A DNA stretch of 64,000 nt, taken from contig OX597830.1 in the NCBI GenBank assembly GCA_951406725.2, positions 33,046,001 to 33,110,000 on the forward strand, in the 5' to 3' direction. The position numbers were made by a program, and so were the translations under genes. Origin of the DNA: Octopus vulgaris. Lineage: Eukaryota. Within the stretch, counting starts at the first letter, position 1; each line of letters starts with the position of its first letter. Under the pieces are notes generated by a model, which saw only the letters and a list, made by a program, of their open reading frames with translations, did no database searches and was not told the DNA's origin. This document shows, piece after piece, positions 1-14,693 of this stretch.

Positions 1-105
1 TCTTTGTGTCTATGCTTGTTCACCCCACCACTGCTAGACCGATCTTGGTGTGTTTGCAGTTCAGCAAAAGAGACCAGTAGAATAAGTGCCGGGCTTAAAA
101 ATATA
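1..105 (+). mobile_element. SINE-A 3' fragment (diverged, cut by window edge)
   Basis: ggtgtgttt...cagcaaaagagaccagtagaataagt matches the 3' half of full SINE-A copies (8772, 12525, 22245). Confidence 0.65.
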
Positions 106-612
106 TCTCTGCAAGGTACCTCTTCATGTGGCTTGGGGGGGTCGACCAACAACGAGGTGTGTCAACCCAGCTAGATCCTCAGAGAAGGGAACACACTTAA
201 CAGAGTCTAACATGGGGGGAAAAAAAAAAAAAAAAAAAAACCGAGCCACATGGCCAAACAGTCAGTGCTGGCTGGTTGGTGCTCCTGAACCATACAAGTA
301 ACAGGATCACATCTCGGTTCCTGGATAAATGAAAAATAAATTAACAATGTTCTACCAGTTCCAATTAATCAGGTCCAAATTCAAGAAATTCTTTAAAATT
401 AACAATTAATGATCTACTTGACATTGCAATAGAATTTCCTTGTCTATTTCAGTTGGGGTTTGCTACTCAATCCTATTTTCATATTTCTCTTGGAACCCTT
501 TGCTTTCTCATAATTAAATGCCAGGTACAGACACAGATTTCAACTTTAATATTAAAGTATAGTGTAAGTAACGGCTTTGTAAGTATTGGTTCTTGAAAAT
601 TAATCAGATTAA

Positions 613-815
613 GACTCTTCTTCTTCTTCTTCTTCTTCTTCTCTTCTCCTTCTTCTTCTTCTTCTTCTTCTTCTTCTTCTTCTTCTTCTTCTTCTTCTTC
701 TTCTTCTTCTTCTTCTTCTTCTTCGTCGTCGTCGTCTTCTTCTTCTTCGTCTTCTTCTTTGTCTTCTTCTTCTTCTTCTTCTTCTTCTTCTTCTTCTTCT
801 CCTTCTTCTTCTTCA
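613..815. repeat. (CTT)n/(GAA)n microsatellite, ~200 bp
   Basis: Visible trinucleotide run with a few CGT/CCT interruptions; explains ORFs 593..844 and 604..825. Confidence 0.97.
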
Positions 816-969
816 ATGTATCCATTAATATATTAATTTATTAGTCTGTCTATTATTCTATTTATGTGTTGAGTATGTATATATATATACAAACCCACAT
901 ATATATATATATATGTACTTATATAAATATGCATACACATATATATTATTTGTATGTACATCATTCAAA

Positions 970-1027
<58 letters not shown>

Positions 1028-1054
1028 CTTTCTATCTATCTATCTATCTATCTA

Positions 1055-1095
<41 letters not shown>

Positions 1096-2277
1096 GCATG
1101 TATACATTTCTATCAATCTATCACTCTCTCTCTCGCAATATATATGTATATGTATGTATGTATGTATGTGTATGTGTGTATATATATACATACATATAGC
1201 AGTGTATGTATAAGTGTGTGAACATTTGTATAAATAAATATATATACATAGGTATGTATAAACATATATGAAATGCATTTTCGTCATGGGTGATAGAGAC
1301 TTCTTCATGACTTTTTCGCAATAATTCATTTCGTAATCATACATTAGTATAATTAAGTCATTCGTAACATTCAATCTAACTTTAGAACTTGATATAAAAC
1401 GAAATGGATGTGTATGTAGCTGCAACTAGAAACTGAGACCATGTTATAAGCACAGATCTGATGGCAACTTACCTTCCAATTTAAAGATATTGCTTAATAC
1501 ACATGCATGTGCGCGTGGGAGAGAGATTACTACACATAGATATTTATACAACAAATGCATGCATGTGAGCTTGTGTGTGTGTGTGAGTATGAGAGAGAGA
1601 GAGATTTATGTATTATATATTGTGATGCTTGATTATGATTGAACATTTCAACTTTATAATGAGGCCGAATCTCAATAACGTTTTTCAATGAGAAAGTTTG
1701 ATCTGGTATCAGTCTTGATCTTGTCTATCAGATGCTGTGACAAATAGCAGAAATTGATCAGCAAACTATTATATTTCGGTCAGGAACTGAGAACATTGAT
1801 AATTTTATTTGTCTATGTAGGATAAAATATACTCCTATTGTCAAAGTCAGAAAGGTTATAATTTTATATTACATTTCTTTGTACGTTTGTGTGTGTGTAT
1901 GTATTTTTGGGGGGTTTTTTTTCTCTCTGCTCCTTTTCAAAAGAGATGTCTTTTAATCTTCGCCAAATTTTTTCTTTTTTTTTTTCATTATTCAACTTTA
2001 ATAATTTGTCACAAGATGTTTGTTTGAATGTGTATGTATATAATGTGTATATAAAAATATGCTCAAACAAACACAAACACACACATCCTTACACATGCAC
2101 ACAAAATAACATACATACACTCGCATACACTCTCAAGAAATTTATCAAAGCAAAATTTATGAAATTAAATATAAATATCATATACCTTCATCTATCAAAC
2201 TAATATACATACTTGTGTGTGTGTATATGTGTGTATATATTTATATGAGTATAGATGCACATACATACATACTTATG

Positions 2278-2319
<42 letters not shown>

Positions 2320-2529
2320 TACATATATATATGTATGTATGTATGTATGTGAAAAATTCTAAGTCAGATAGGATTTCTTTCGAACAGAAACACACAGATA
2401 CTTATATATATATATGTATATATATATACATACATACATATACATATATATACATATATGTATATATACATAAATATATATACACACATATATATATTTG
2501 TGTATATATATATGCTCATATATATATAC

Positions 2530-2575
<46 letters not shown>

Positions 2576-3834
2576 GCTCATATATATATACATCACACAT
2601 TGTCTGTATTGATGGACTCTGTTCAAGGGTTTCATTGAAGAGGTAGTTGAATAACTTTCGAATTTTAATCTCTCCGTTAAACAGGAAATTAATATACATC
2701 ACTCTCTTCTGTTAGAGATAAATAGTGAAATTTGGATTAATTCATATGATGAATAGGCTGGATATCTGTCAAATCTTTTCATAAAAATCAATTAATCTTT
2801 AATAGCAGTTTATGTTTCCAATATGAAGTTTTTTATTTTGATTTTGTTTTAAATAATTTTTTACTTCATAATTTATATATATATTTCTTTCTTCAGTGTT
2901 ATCTAAAATTCATGACAGATTGAAATTCGTGTCGGTGTGAGAGTAATGTGTGTGTCACTTTTTAAATGTACATGTATATATGTATGTATATATATATATA
3001 TGTATGTATATAGTGTATATATGTATGTATGTATGTATATGAATATAGATATATACCTGTGCTTATATATATTTATCTAATAATTTACAATCACATATAC
3101 CCGATTATTTATTTGAAGATAATTGTAACTATATATTTTAGTGTGTGTGTAAATATATATATATATATACACTCACACACATATATATATACATACATAC
3201 ATACATATATATAGATATTTGTACACACACAGAAACTCCCAAACATACATATATGCACATAAACATAAATATATATATATATATATCTATATATATATAT
3301 ATATGAGATTCTAATTCATATACACACACATATATATATATATACATATACATATAATTTTAATGTCCTTTTTTCCATGCTTGCATGGCTCTGTAAAGTA
3401 ATATCTCTTGTAATTTAATTCAGTCTGGTATATGTTAATCTATACATCTTCACTTGATATACCTTTTTTCAAGCCAGATCATAATACTTAAGGGTTTACA
3501 AGGTTTTCTTCTCTTTTCTTGTCCCTCTTTCAAATTCTTTTCCCTTAAATTCACACAAAACTACTTTCATTTGCAATTTTCTATTCAAGAACAGACTCCG
3601 AATGCTTTAAAGGTGAGAGAAATAATTTAGATTTCAATATCTGTTGATTGCCTATGGGGTGCTAGATTTCTCTACAATTGGGAATTGTTCATTTGCAGGA
3701 CAGTTATTCTATCGAGTTCTTACCAAAATTATAACTGAGCCACATTTCAAAACTCTACCCATTAAATAAAGACCTTTTTACTTCGAGAATCAATCAAAGC
3801 CTCTGCCTTTTACTTTTCCCCTACTTTAACTGTA

Positions 3835-3980
3835 TAGATGTGGCTGTGTGGATAAGACGTTTGTTTCAACCACATGCCTCCGGGTTCACTCCTACCATGT
3901 GGCACCTTGATCAAGTGCCCTCTACTATAGTGCCAGGCCAACTAAAGTTTTGTGAGTGGATTTAGAAGATGGAAATTGAA
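3835..3980 (+). mobile_element. SINE-A 5' fragment
   Basis: gtggctgtgtgg...ccgggttcact...ggcaccttgatcaagtg...gtgagtggattt, then runs into (TA)n. Confidence 0.75.
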
Positions 3981-4029
3981 ATATATATGTATGTGCGTGT
4001 GTGTGCATAGATATATATATATATGTATG

Positions 4030-4090
<61 letters not shown>

Positions 4091-4196
4091 ATGAATATAT
4101 ATATATATATACATACATATATATACATGCATGCATATATATATATATACACATATATATCTATACATACATACATATATATATATGTATATTTGC

Positions 4197-4255
<59 letters not shown>

Positions 4256-4262
4256 TACATAC

Positions 4263-4336
<74 letters not shown>

Positions 4337-4343
4337 GCATACA

Positions 4344-4416
<73 letters not shown>

Positions 4417-4419
<3 letters not shown>

Positions 4420-5644
4420 TACACATATAACCATATCTGACATAACTTTTGGTGCTCCTGATATCTTAACAGAAATAGATAAGATCAAGCACAATTTGCC
4501 AGTAGGTACTGGTAAGCTCCTGGTCACTGTCCTGAAGATGTGTCGATATCAAATTGCACCCACTCTAGCTGAGGGGGTGCAATTTGATGTCGACATGTTG
4601 TGTTTGAGGGAATACGATCCAGCTCAGCCAAAGTCAGTAGTGGTGTCCGACAAGGTACTGTGTTGGGCCCACTCCTCTTCATTATTTATATCAACGACAC
4701 AGTCATGTCATCAAACATTCTACACTGAAAATCTTTGCAGATGATTCCAAACTCCAGAAAGCCATAAACGGCATGAGAGACTGAACAGGTCTTCAGTCGG
4801 ATCTGTTTGCTATTGTCCAATGGGCGGGAAAAAAGAATATACTTTTAAATAAAGAGAAGTTTGATTTGATCCACTTTGGGAAAGAGGAAACTCTGAAATT
4901 ACCATATGCTCTTTCCTTGGGTGACTCCCTAGTGTCATCCAACAACACCAGAGATCTTAGAGCAATTGTTGATAGCAATCTAAGCTGGAGTTGCCTAGGC
5001 CCGCAATATGTGCTCCTGGATTCTGGGAACTTTGCGGTCTAGAGATGCCCACACCATCATCCTTCTCTACCCTACTTTTGACTGACCCTACCTTGAGTAC
5101 TGTTGCCCAATATGGTTCCCCCATATGAAGCAACTCATTATGAAAGTAGAAGCACTCCAGAGGTCAATGACAAGAAAGATAGATGGCATGAGAGGCACGG
5201 ATTTTTGGGGTTGACTAAAAAGTAAGTATTTGTGTTTTGTGGAAAATATTCCATCAATATTGCACAAATGATGTTAGCATCAGTTTTAAAATCCATCAAA
5301 GATTTGACCCCCATGCTATCTGCCCACTACAAAAATCGAAATCGGTACACATAGCAACATTACGTCACAATTACTTTACCTCAACCAGTCCAGCTCTCTT
5401 TAATACCATACCAAAATATGTCAAAACGGACACAGATCCCATAAAATTCAAATATTCACTGGACAAATTTCTTCAGAAAATCCTGGACCAACCTACTACA
5501 CCTGGATATGTCTCCAGCAATAAAATCTCTTTGCTAGAGTGGGCCATGGTTCCCCATATATGACTAAAATCTTCACGGGGTGCTGCTATTGAGTTAGATA
5601 TGACCTGGGCCTGTACTGGTCAAAACCTATCAAAGTTATCAAAG
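4417..5644 (+). mobile_element. Degraded, internally deleted CR1/L2-group LINE (RT C-terminal half plus 3' end)
   Basis: Across frames: [19 protein letters not shown] (~4641-4697), FADDSKL (~4734), LQSDLFAIVQWA, DLRAIVDSNLSW, YLEYCCPIWFP, FKYSLDKFLQKILDQP; ends in tandem tail tatcaaag-ttatcaaag; stops and frameshifts present. Confidence 0.88.
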
Positions 5645-5649
5645 CACAC

Positions 5650-5817
5650 ATTACACTCTCGGAGTGGTTGGCATTAGGAAGGGCATCCAGCTGTAGAAAC
5701 ACTGCCAGATCAGACTGGAGCCTGGTGCAGCCCTGGCTTCCCAGACCCCGGTCGAACCGTCCAACCCGTGCTAGCGCGGAAAATGGACATTAAACGATGA
5801 TGATGATGATGATGATA
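5650..5817 (+). mobile_element. 5'-truncated RTE 3' tail
   Basis: acactctcggagtggttggcattaggaagggcatccagctgtagaaac...ttaaacgatgatgat has the same layout as the 3' end of the RTE at 18008-19378. Confidence 0.9.
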
Positions 5818-6649
5818 ATATATATATATACACACACATATATATATATGTAGGTGCAGGCGTAGCAACTATAAAGAGTCTTCTTGCTCATTTACCAGAT
5901 GAAGTACTCGGGTCATACTGTGCTCAGTTAATCACAGAAAACAACAGAAGTAAACAACAGTTAAGGTAGGGGTGGTTGTCATTAACAATGAATCATATAC
6001 ACACTTAACTATGAAACCGCAACATGATTGGTTGTCTATTTTTTCAGTATTTTATCTTCTTTACCTACCTGTGTTGTTCATTACCACTTAAATGAGAATC
6101 CGGTAGAGATTATGTTTAGGCTATTCCTGCTATACTTGGAGCACAGCACAACAGCATTAAACACAGTACTTGGGTGATCTTTTCTCTCAAAAACTGTATC
6201 CCTCAGGAATTCTCACATGACCCCTTTTCCTATTTCTACAGGCAACAAATTCAGGATAAATCACAAAAACATTCACCTTTCTGTTCTAGGAAGAATAGTT
6301 GGTACCACCATTCTGAGATTCAGTGCTGGTTGTCATTATTCCATAGGCAACATAATAACTATCTGTCAATTATTGGAGATCCATTTAATTATGAAATCTA
6401 TATTTATAACAAAAATGTTAAATCTGATCAGGAAATTGTTAACTTGAAATTTTATAGACTTTGTTAGAAAAGATTTTCCAGTAGGTTAGTTTATTTATTT
6501 ATTTATTATTTATCAGAGATTTCTGATTTCTGATTTCTGTAGACAAAATCATAAATGTACCATTTTTAATTAAATGTTAGTATGAATTAATCTAGTTTTA
6601 AGAGCTTCTTGCATTCAAAGATATATTTTAATTCTTCTTGAGCCTACAT

Positions 6650-7100
6650 TAATACATACATACACACTTACATGTGTACATACATACATACATACATACA
6701 TACATACATACATACGCACTTACATGTGTACATACATATATACACACTTACATGTGTACATACATACATACATAAATGCATACATACATACCATACAGCC
6801 ATACATACATACATAAATGCATACATACATACATGCATACATTCAAACATACATACCAGACAACGATACATACATACATACATACATTCATATATACATG
6901 CGTACATACATATAAACATTCATACATACGTACATATATACATGCACACATACATACATTCATATACATACAAACATCCATTCATACAAGCATGCATGCA
7001 TGCATACATAAATACATATATAAATAAAGGCATGCATACATACATTCATGTACATACATACATACATTCATACAAACATACATAAATACATACATACGTC
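6650..7100. repeat. Degenerate (TACA)n tetranucleotide tract
   Basis: catacatacata units with point variants; source of spurious HTYI/MYVC ORFs. Confidence 0.9.
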
Positions 7101-7340
7101 TAAACATATGTTCACACACACACACACACTCATAAATACATATATAAATACCATGTACATGTGCATAATAATATGCATACTCCCATGCATATACACAGAG
7201 GAATACATATAAATATTTCAATATATGTGTCGGTTATGGCAGTAAGCTGTCATATATATATGTGTGTATATATACATATGTGTGTATACACACACACACA
7301 CATATACAATATACATATACATACTATATATATATATACT

Positions 7341-7500
7341 ATATTAGAGGAAAAATCAAAGCCAAGGCAGAATGAGTATCTCAAGTCATTTAGAATAATC
7401 TAATTAGGGGAAGACTTTAAATTCGTCTTACCTTAATTAAAATTATTCTAAATGACTTAATATACTTGTTCTGCCATGGTTTTTATTTTTCCTCCAATAT
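7341..7500. repeat. Fold-back palindrome (~75-bp imperfect arms), MITE-like
   Basis: atattagaggaaaaat...aagtcatttagaataat...aagac | tttaaattc | gtctt...attattctaaatgactt...atttttcctccaatat. Confidence 0.85.
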
Positions 7501-7783
7501 AATATGTACCAGATATAATGGAACCCTAATACTGGTCCACAGATCCAGCCTTAGCTGTGATCTTGGAGCCTAGCGGTCAACCAACTATAGCACTTAACCA
7601 GCATACCTGTTCATTTAGGTAACCTTCATATTCTTTTTATTCACATTCCACCCTGAGTTACACTTTGCCTTTCAACTTTTCAGTGGTTGATGTAATAAGT
7701 ACCAGTTGAGTGCTGGGGGGGGGGCGATGTAATTGACTTATTCCCTCCCTTGAAATCATTGACCTAGTACCAAAATTTAACCA

Positions 7784-8385
7784 ACCACATGGTTTGGGGT
7801 TCAGTCCCACCGTGTGTCACCTTGTGCAAGTGTCTTCTACTATAGCCTCAGGCTAAGTAAAGCCTTGTGAGTGAATTTGAGAGACAGAAACTGAAAGAAG
7901 CCCAACATTGCCAGTGCCGCTGGACTGGTGGCACATAAAAAGTACCTTTTGAGCATGATCGAAGCCTGTACTGCCTGACTAGCCCTCGTGCTGGTGGCAT
8001 GTAAAAGCACAAACAACACTCTTGGAGTGGTTGGCATTAGGAAGGGCATCCAGCTGTAGAAACTCTGCCAGATCAGATTGGAGCCTGGTGCAGCCATCTG
8101 GCTCGCCAGTCCTCAGTCAAACCATCCAACCCATGCCAGCATGGAAAGCGGACGTTAAACGATGATGATGATGATGATAATGATGATATGTGCTTGTCCA
8201 CCCTACCATCCCTTGATAACCGATGCTGGAGTGTTTACATCTACGTAACTTAGCAGTTTGGCAAAAGAAACCAATAGAATAAGTACTAGGCTTACAAAGA
8301 ATAAGTCCTGAGGTCGATTTGCTCAACTAAAGGCGGTGCACCAGCATGGCCAAAATCAAATGGCTGAAACAAATAAAAATAATGA
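7784..8385 (+). mobile_element. SINE-A interrupted by an RTE 3' tail (~7905-8187)
   Basis: SINE-A 5' part ends at ctgaaagaagccc, then RTE tail to (GAT)n, then SINE-A 3' half resumes at tgtgcttgtcc. Confidence 0.85.
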
Positions 8386-8771
8386 ATGTATACACACATG
8401 ACTGTTTTCAGTTTCTGTCTACCAAATCCACTCACAAGGCTTTGGTCAAGCCAAGGCTATAGTAGAAGACATTTGCCCAAGGTGGCATTCAGTGGGACTG
8501 AACCATGAACCATGTGGCTGGGAGCAAGCTTCTTACCACACAGCCACTCCTGCGCTTAGTGGCATTTTGTCTATCTCTATGTTCTGACTTCACTTTCTGC
8601 TGCACTACACTTTGTCTTTGAATAGTGGGTTGATGTAATAAGTAGCAGTTGTGTGCTGGGGGATGATGTAATTCACTTTTTCCCCACCCCGAAATTGCTG
8701 GCCTTGTGCCAAAATTTGAGACCAACATAGATGTTAGATTAATCTAATGCAAATACTTTTTTTTTAACATA

Positions 8772-9172
8772 GGCGCAGGAGTGGCTGTGTGGTAAGTAGC
8801 TTGCTTACCAACCACATGGTTCTGGGTTCAGTTCCAATGCGTGGCAGCTTGGGCAAGTGTCTTCTACTATAGCCTTGAGCTGACCAAAGCCTTGTAAGTG
8901 GATTTGGTAGACAGAAACTGAAAGAAGCCCGTCATATATATGTATATATATATATATGTGTATATGTTAATGTTTCTGTGTTTGTCCTCACAACATCGTT
9001 TGACGACTGATGCTGGTGTGTTTACGTCTCCGTAACTTAGCAATTCGGCAAGAGAGACCGATAGAATAAGTACTAGGCTTCCAAAGAATAAGTCCTGGGG
9101 TCGATTTGCTCAACTAAAGGCGTGCTCCAGCATGGCCACAGTCACATGACTGAAACAAGTAAAAGAAAAGAG
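8772..9172 (+). mobile_element. SINE-A, full length (~400 bp tRNA-derived SINE with CORE-like segment)
   Basis: tRNA-like head ggcgcaggagtggctgtgtggtaag...gggttcagttcc (A/B-box-like), cttgggcaagtg CORE-like motif, central (TA/TG)n, 3' hairpin cagtca..tgactg and gtaaaaga tail; more than 10 copies in window. Confidence 0.92.
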
Positions 9173-9450
9173 AGAAGAGGCTATATATGGCAACCGATGT
9201 AATTAACATGAGAAATAGAATTGTAATGCTGAAGATATAAGCACTATCTTTTATCCTTTATCGTTTAGTTGTATCAGTCGTTAGACTGCGCCCATGCTGG
9301 GGCATCATCTTGAGGAATTTTAGTCAAAGGAGCAAATCCTATTACTTATTCCATAGGTCTCTCTTGCTGAATTATTAAACAGTAGTGGTGGCGGGGGAGA
9401 AACACAGACACAAAGATACACATGCATACATATATATATATATATATGTT

Positions 9451-9480
<30 letters not shown>

Positions 9481-9482
<2 letters not shown>

Positions 9483-9715
9483 TGGTGACCCAAAATAGGT
9501 TTACAGTTATCACGTAGGCACCTTAATGTTCTTTTAAAAACATTTTATTACATTGAAATTTCTATCTTACAAACTGAAAAGGGAGCTTGACAAAATTAAC
9601 TAAATTAGCATAGAATAATGGTTTCATATTCTTTAATAATTAAGATCTAAACTGTTAATACATGAATGCAAAAGAGATAGTTGAATAACTGTCAACCTAC
9701 TCTCGGGCCACCCTA
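9481..9715. mobile_element. Tc1/mariner-type MITE
   Basis: TIRs catggtgacccaaaataggtttacagtta vs reverse complement of right end tagggtggcccgagagtaggttgacagtta; TA on both flanks; sits in the microsatellite of a minus-strand SINE-A (~9250-10107). Confidence 0.8.
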
Positions 9716-11561
9716 TATATATGTATATATATATATATATATATATGGTATAATTATAAATGGCAAATTTTAGCCATTTCTCTGCAGACTGAAAAATATG
9801 ATGAACCACCTTAATCAAGTTTTGATTTTTCCTACATCATTCATATATACACACACACATACACACACATAACACATGCACACACACATATATATACACA
9901 CACATATATTCATACGTGTGTGTGTATGAGTGTGCAGGTTTGTGTGCGCGTATGAGTGTGTGACAGATTTCTTTCAGTTTCCATCAACCAGATCCACTCA
10001 CAAGGCTTTGGTTGGTCCGGAACTATAGCAGACGGCACTCACCCAAGGTGTCTCAAACACTTGGACTGAACCAGGAGCCACGTGGTTGGGAAAGAAGCTT
10101 CTTATCATACAGGCATGCCTGCGCCTATTGGTTTCCATAAAGCTTCCACCTATTACATCTTACTTACAAAGTAAAGATCAGTCTGAGGTAAAGGCTGATG
10201 GCACTTATTCTGAATGCCTCTCTGTGAGACTGAACCTGGATCCATATAGTTATAAAGGAGCCTCTTAAACAACATATAAACTAATTGTTGTAATCTTTTG
10301 ACATTGGATTGTTAAAAAGCTCCCTCTGGTATAGCAGTATAGTTAGTAAGACAAGTAAGACCATGACATTCTATGACTGTCTAGTACGTATTCTCTCTTT
10401 CTTTATACTGCCTAATGTCACCTTATTTATAGTGGCTAGCACATACTGCTTGCCACCTGGGAGGGTTGTACCAATATTACTATTATGCCCACAACACTTA
10501 TACATGAAAGAGACAGAGAGAGAGAGAAAAAGAGAAAGAGAAGAAAAATAATAAGAAGGAAAAGGGGAAGGAGGAGGAGGAGGAGGAGGAGGATAAAGAA
10601 GGAGATAGATAGAAATGTCAACAGGCAGAGAAAGTTAGAGAGAGAGAGAGAAATTTATACAAATTTATACAGAATTAGTAAATTAGTAACTCGTGGACAA
10701 AAGAGAGACATATCTAGAGAGATAGGAACGAGACATATCTATAAATAGTAAATTAAATGCTAACACAATTAATTTGATGAGCAAGAAAATTTTAATTAAT
10801 CAAGACTAAATGATGATTGCAGACCCAGTCTCATCTTCAGTGAAATACTGCACACAAACGTGACAATATAACATAATGATTGATGGAAATTATCTAGGGA
10901 CATCAGTAACAGCAGCAGTATAGAAAAATAATTAGCAAAGTAAGCACTAATATAATTAGTGTACTAATTAGAGCAAAGACGATGAAGTTGATAGGATTCT
11001 GGACAATATGTCAAAGGATTGAGAATACATATATTGTCACCAGTGTTGCATTGTGTTACTTGCTAAGACACAAAGCTCATTTGTTATATCTACATAGCAT
11101 TATGAACATTTGTGTTGCTATTAGGGGACTGAGAGGAGTGACTGCTCCCACCAAGTCCATTTTTCAAAGTTGGTACCTCCTCAGCAATATGTTTTTAACT
11201 CTTTAGTTTTTCTCCTCTGATAAAAGTCAAATCTCATTTTCATTGTTAATTAATTGGCCTTGGAAGAACTTTCTGGAGTCTTTACTTTATTTAACCCACC
11301 ACCTGTGTTTTTGGAACTGTCTGCTCAATCTCCCATGATGTGTTGGTGGTGGTCGCTGACATCTGATGAACCCCAAACAAACCCTGACTTCCTAACCTCT
11401 TAACACTGGACGATTCCATCAAGTTTCATCCTCTTCATGTCACACCTTTCTCTGTAGTTGTATGTTTCATACATAACAACATCGTTACTAAAACATAAAA
11501 TTAACGAATGCAAAATAGAATTACATATAATTATAACTAATGAAATATTTTGCACGATACT

Positions 11562-11940
11562 GTGGCACTCCGTCGGTTATGACGATGAGGGTTCCATCTG
11601 ATCTGATCAATGGAACAGCCTGCTTATGAAATTAAAGTGGAAGTGGCTCAGAACTCCACGGACACGTGTACCCTTAATGTAGTTCTCGGGGAGATTCAGC
11701 GTGGCACAGTGTGACGAGGCTGGCCCTTTGAAATACAGGTACCACAGAAACAAGAAGAAAGAGTGAGAGAAAGTTGTGGTGAAAGAGTACAGCAGGGTTC
11801 AGCACCACCCCTACTGGTGCCTCATGGAGCTTTAGGTGTTTTTGCTCAATAAATACTCACAATGCCCAGTCTGGGAATCGAAACTGCGACCCTATGACTG
11901 TGATGTCCGCTGCCCTAACCACTGGGCTATTGCACCTCCA
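11562..11940 (-). mobile_element. tRNA-derived SINE, third family
   Basis: Minus strand begins tggaggtgcaatagcccagtggttagggcagcggac...gtttcgattccc (A and B boxes) followed by a ~300-bp body unrelated to SINE-A/B. Confidence 0.8.
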
Positions 11941-12524
11941 TGTATGATATAAGAGAAATGAATTTAAAAAGTGCTTTGTATGTGTCACAACACTTCTTTT
12001 TTATGTAGTTACTCCCACTGACCTTAGATCTTAGCTACACCTCTCATTAAGAAGGTATGAGGTTGTTGTTGTGAATACTAGCCATGACCAACACACCGTT
12101 TTAAGAGCATGCTGGAATGGATTATCTAAACTATCTTTTATTAAAAGGTAGAACAGTGCTTTTTAAGTGCCACACTCGAATGGTGCTTTTTGCATGCCAC
12201 CAGCATTGGTGCCAGTCAGGTGTCACTGGTATTGGCCATGACAATGATTTCACTTGACTCAACAGGTCTTCACAAGCAGAGCATATTGAGAAGACCTGTT
12301 GAAGACATGCTTTTCAAATACTATGTGTATGATATTGGCTTCAAATTTTGGCACAAAGCCAGCAATTTCGGGGTTAAGTCCACCTTGGTAAAATTTGAAT
12401 TCAGAATGTCCAAGACATACGAAATGCCATAAGCATTGTGCCTGGTGTGCTAACGAGTCTGCCAGCTCACTGCTCATACTATGTGTATGATACTGAAAAT
12501 ATTTTTTCTCTCTTAGTACATATA

Positions 12525-12943
12525 GGTACAGGAGTGGGTGTGTGGTAAGTAGCTTGCTTACCAGCCACATGGTTCCAGGTTCAATCCCACTGCATGGCAC
12601 TTTCGGCAAGTGTCTTCTACTATAGCCTCAGGCCGACCAATGCTTTGGGAGTGGATTTGGTAGACAGAAACTGAAAGAAGCCCGTCGTATATATGTATAT
12701 GTATATATATGTGTGTGTGTGTATTTGTGTGTCTGTGCTTGTCCTCCTAACATTGCTTGACAACCGATGCTGGTGTGTTTACGTCCCTGTAATTTAGCGG
12801 TTCAGCAAAAGAGACTGATAGAATAAGTATTAGGCTTCCAAAGAATAAGTTCTGGGGTCGATTTTCTTAACTAAAAGTGGTGCTCCAGCATGGCCACAGT
12901 CAAATGACTGAAACAAGTAAAAGAGTAAAAGAGTAAAAAGAGT
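12525..12943 (+). mobile_element. SINE-A, full length
   Basis: Colinear with the 8772 copy; ends in three near-perfect gtaaaaga units. Confidence 0.92.
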
Positions 12944-13333
12944 ATACATTTATTTTGGGCTATTTTTATAATTGAATTTTATTACACTTCGTTTTAATAG
13001 ACTATGGAAACTATAAGGTGATGCACAAGCACTAAACTCTGAGCACACAGCTTCTTGCAGCAGAAACAGCTGTAAGCTAATGAAGTTGATTACATAATTC
13101 ATGTTTATATTATTCTCTGTACTTACCTAATACTTAATTTTAAAGCATAGATATATTGAGTTTTAATGACAGGTTATTAGTATTGCTCTGCCAGTTGCAG
13201 AACACACACCACAACAAATAATTGGAGTCTGGATAGCTCTCCAGCTGGCCAGCTCCAGTCAAACCATCCAACCCATGCCAGCATGGAAAACGAATGTTAA
13301 GTGATGATGACAATGATGATATATACTTATATG

Positions 13334-13388
<55 letters not shown>

Positions 13389-13397
13389 ATATATATA

Positions 13398-13449
<52 letters not shown>

Positions 13450-13639
13450 CATATATATATATATATATAGAATGGTTGTATACTGTCAATCTAACGTGAC
13501 GGTAGGGGATTACACCACCGCTGTTTAGCCCTAGGAAGCATCGACGCTTCCTGATGGCTTCGACACATTTTTTCCTGTGTGTCCTTATATATATATATAT
13601 ATACATATACACACACACACATATGTATATATGTATATA

Positions 13640-13678
<39 letters not shown>

Positions 13679-14169
13679 GGGGAGAGAAAGAGACAGACAG
13701 AGTGTAAGTGAGCAGGAGAGATGGGCAGATATACATAGATAGATATTTATTGTATTTTTTCAGCAATTTCTAGTTACTTTTTAATGTTATTATTGTTCTT
13801 GCTTCAGTTTGTCTCTTGGGAACTTGACTTCCTTTGGTCTATGTACACTTACTTATTTATTTGTTTATATATTAATTAATTTATTTATTCTATTGATGTT
13901 GTCGCAACCTTGTATGAAGGTCAGCTATGTTGAACTGTACAGTTAAAGATCCTGTGCTACATATTAAGATCGGCTGCTAATCTGTGGTTACTATGAACAC
14001 ACTTCGAAATACCAAAATTTTTCCCCTTGTCTGAAAGAAATTTTCATTAGGTTCTGAACCAGGAACAAGGAGGTTTTCTCAATAATAGTTTTACAGCATT
14101 GAATAAAACTCACTGCCGTAACCAGACCAGTTTCAGCAGCACAGTGAAGTGTTCCATTAACTTGTAGTT

Positions 14170-14295
14170 TCTAAGTTTTGGTATTCTCATTAAGAAATCT
14201 TCAGTATCTTTTATATAGGAAAGCATATCTCTTGTCCAATTAAGATCATGGGAGCCATATTGACACTTATAATTCACAAAAGGTTTAGCTGACAT
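14170..14295 (-). mobile_element. Possible Penelope-like element RT remnant
   Basis: ORF 14110..14364 contains KPFV...SYIKDTEDFL (14191-14220), resembling the SYIKDTxDFL motif of PLE reverse transcriptases; support is a single motif. Confidence 0.4.
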
Positions 14296-14693
14296 TTTAG
14301 ATCCATATATCAATATATGTAAAGAGAGTTTGTATGTGCGTATGTGCGTATGTTCCTTATGCATTCGGAAACTGAGCTGCTGATTTTGATGTATGGGGTA
14401 TCAAAAGATTTAGTAATCTTTCAGCTACCAAATAAACTTTATTTTCATTTGCCTATTTTCATTCGCATATTTATCTTAACAACCAGCTTTAGTTATTTGA
14501 AAGGCACTGCTCTACAATGACCAGGTTTCAATAGAAAGTGAAAATAGTTTCACACTTTCAATTTGAACCAAAATTACAAAGTGTTGCATTACAAGAGTGA
14601 TGATGTGTGAATAATGGAAATAATGTTTCTCCAAATAAGTCACATTTGCTCTATAATAAAAAAAGCAGCTAATCATTTATCTGTAAATATATA

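Noticed and set aside
866-4430. Numerous [12 protein letters not shown] ORFs (also 28564-29700, 53550-54770)
   Set aside because: Translations of dinucleotide and tetranucleotide microsatellites.
6140-6480. Possible ancient Penelope RT fragments (also 300-600 and 3380-3830)
   Set aside because: Only vague resemblance in minus-strand translations; no diagnostic motif I can defend without a search.
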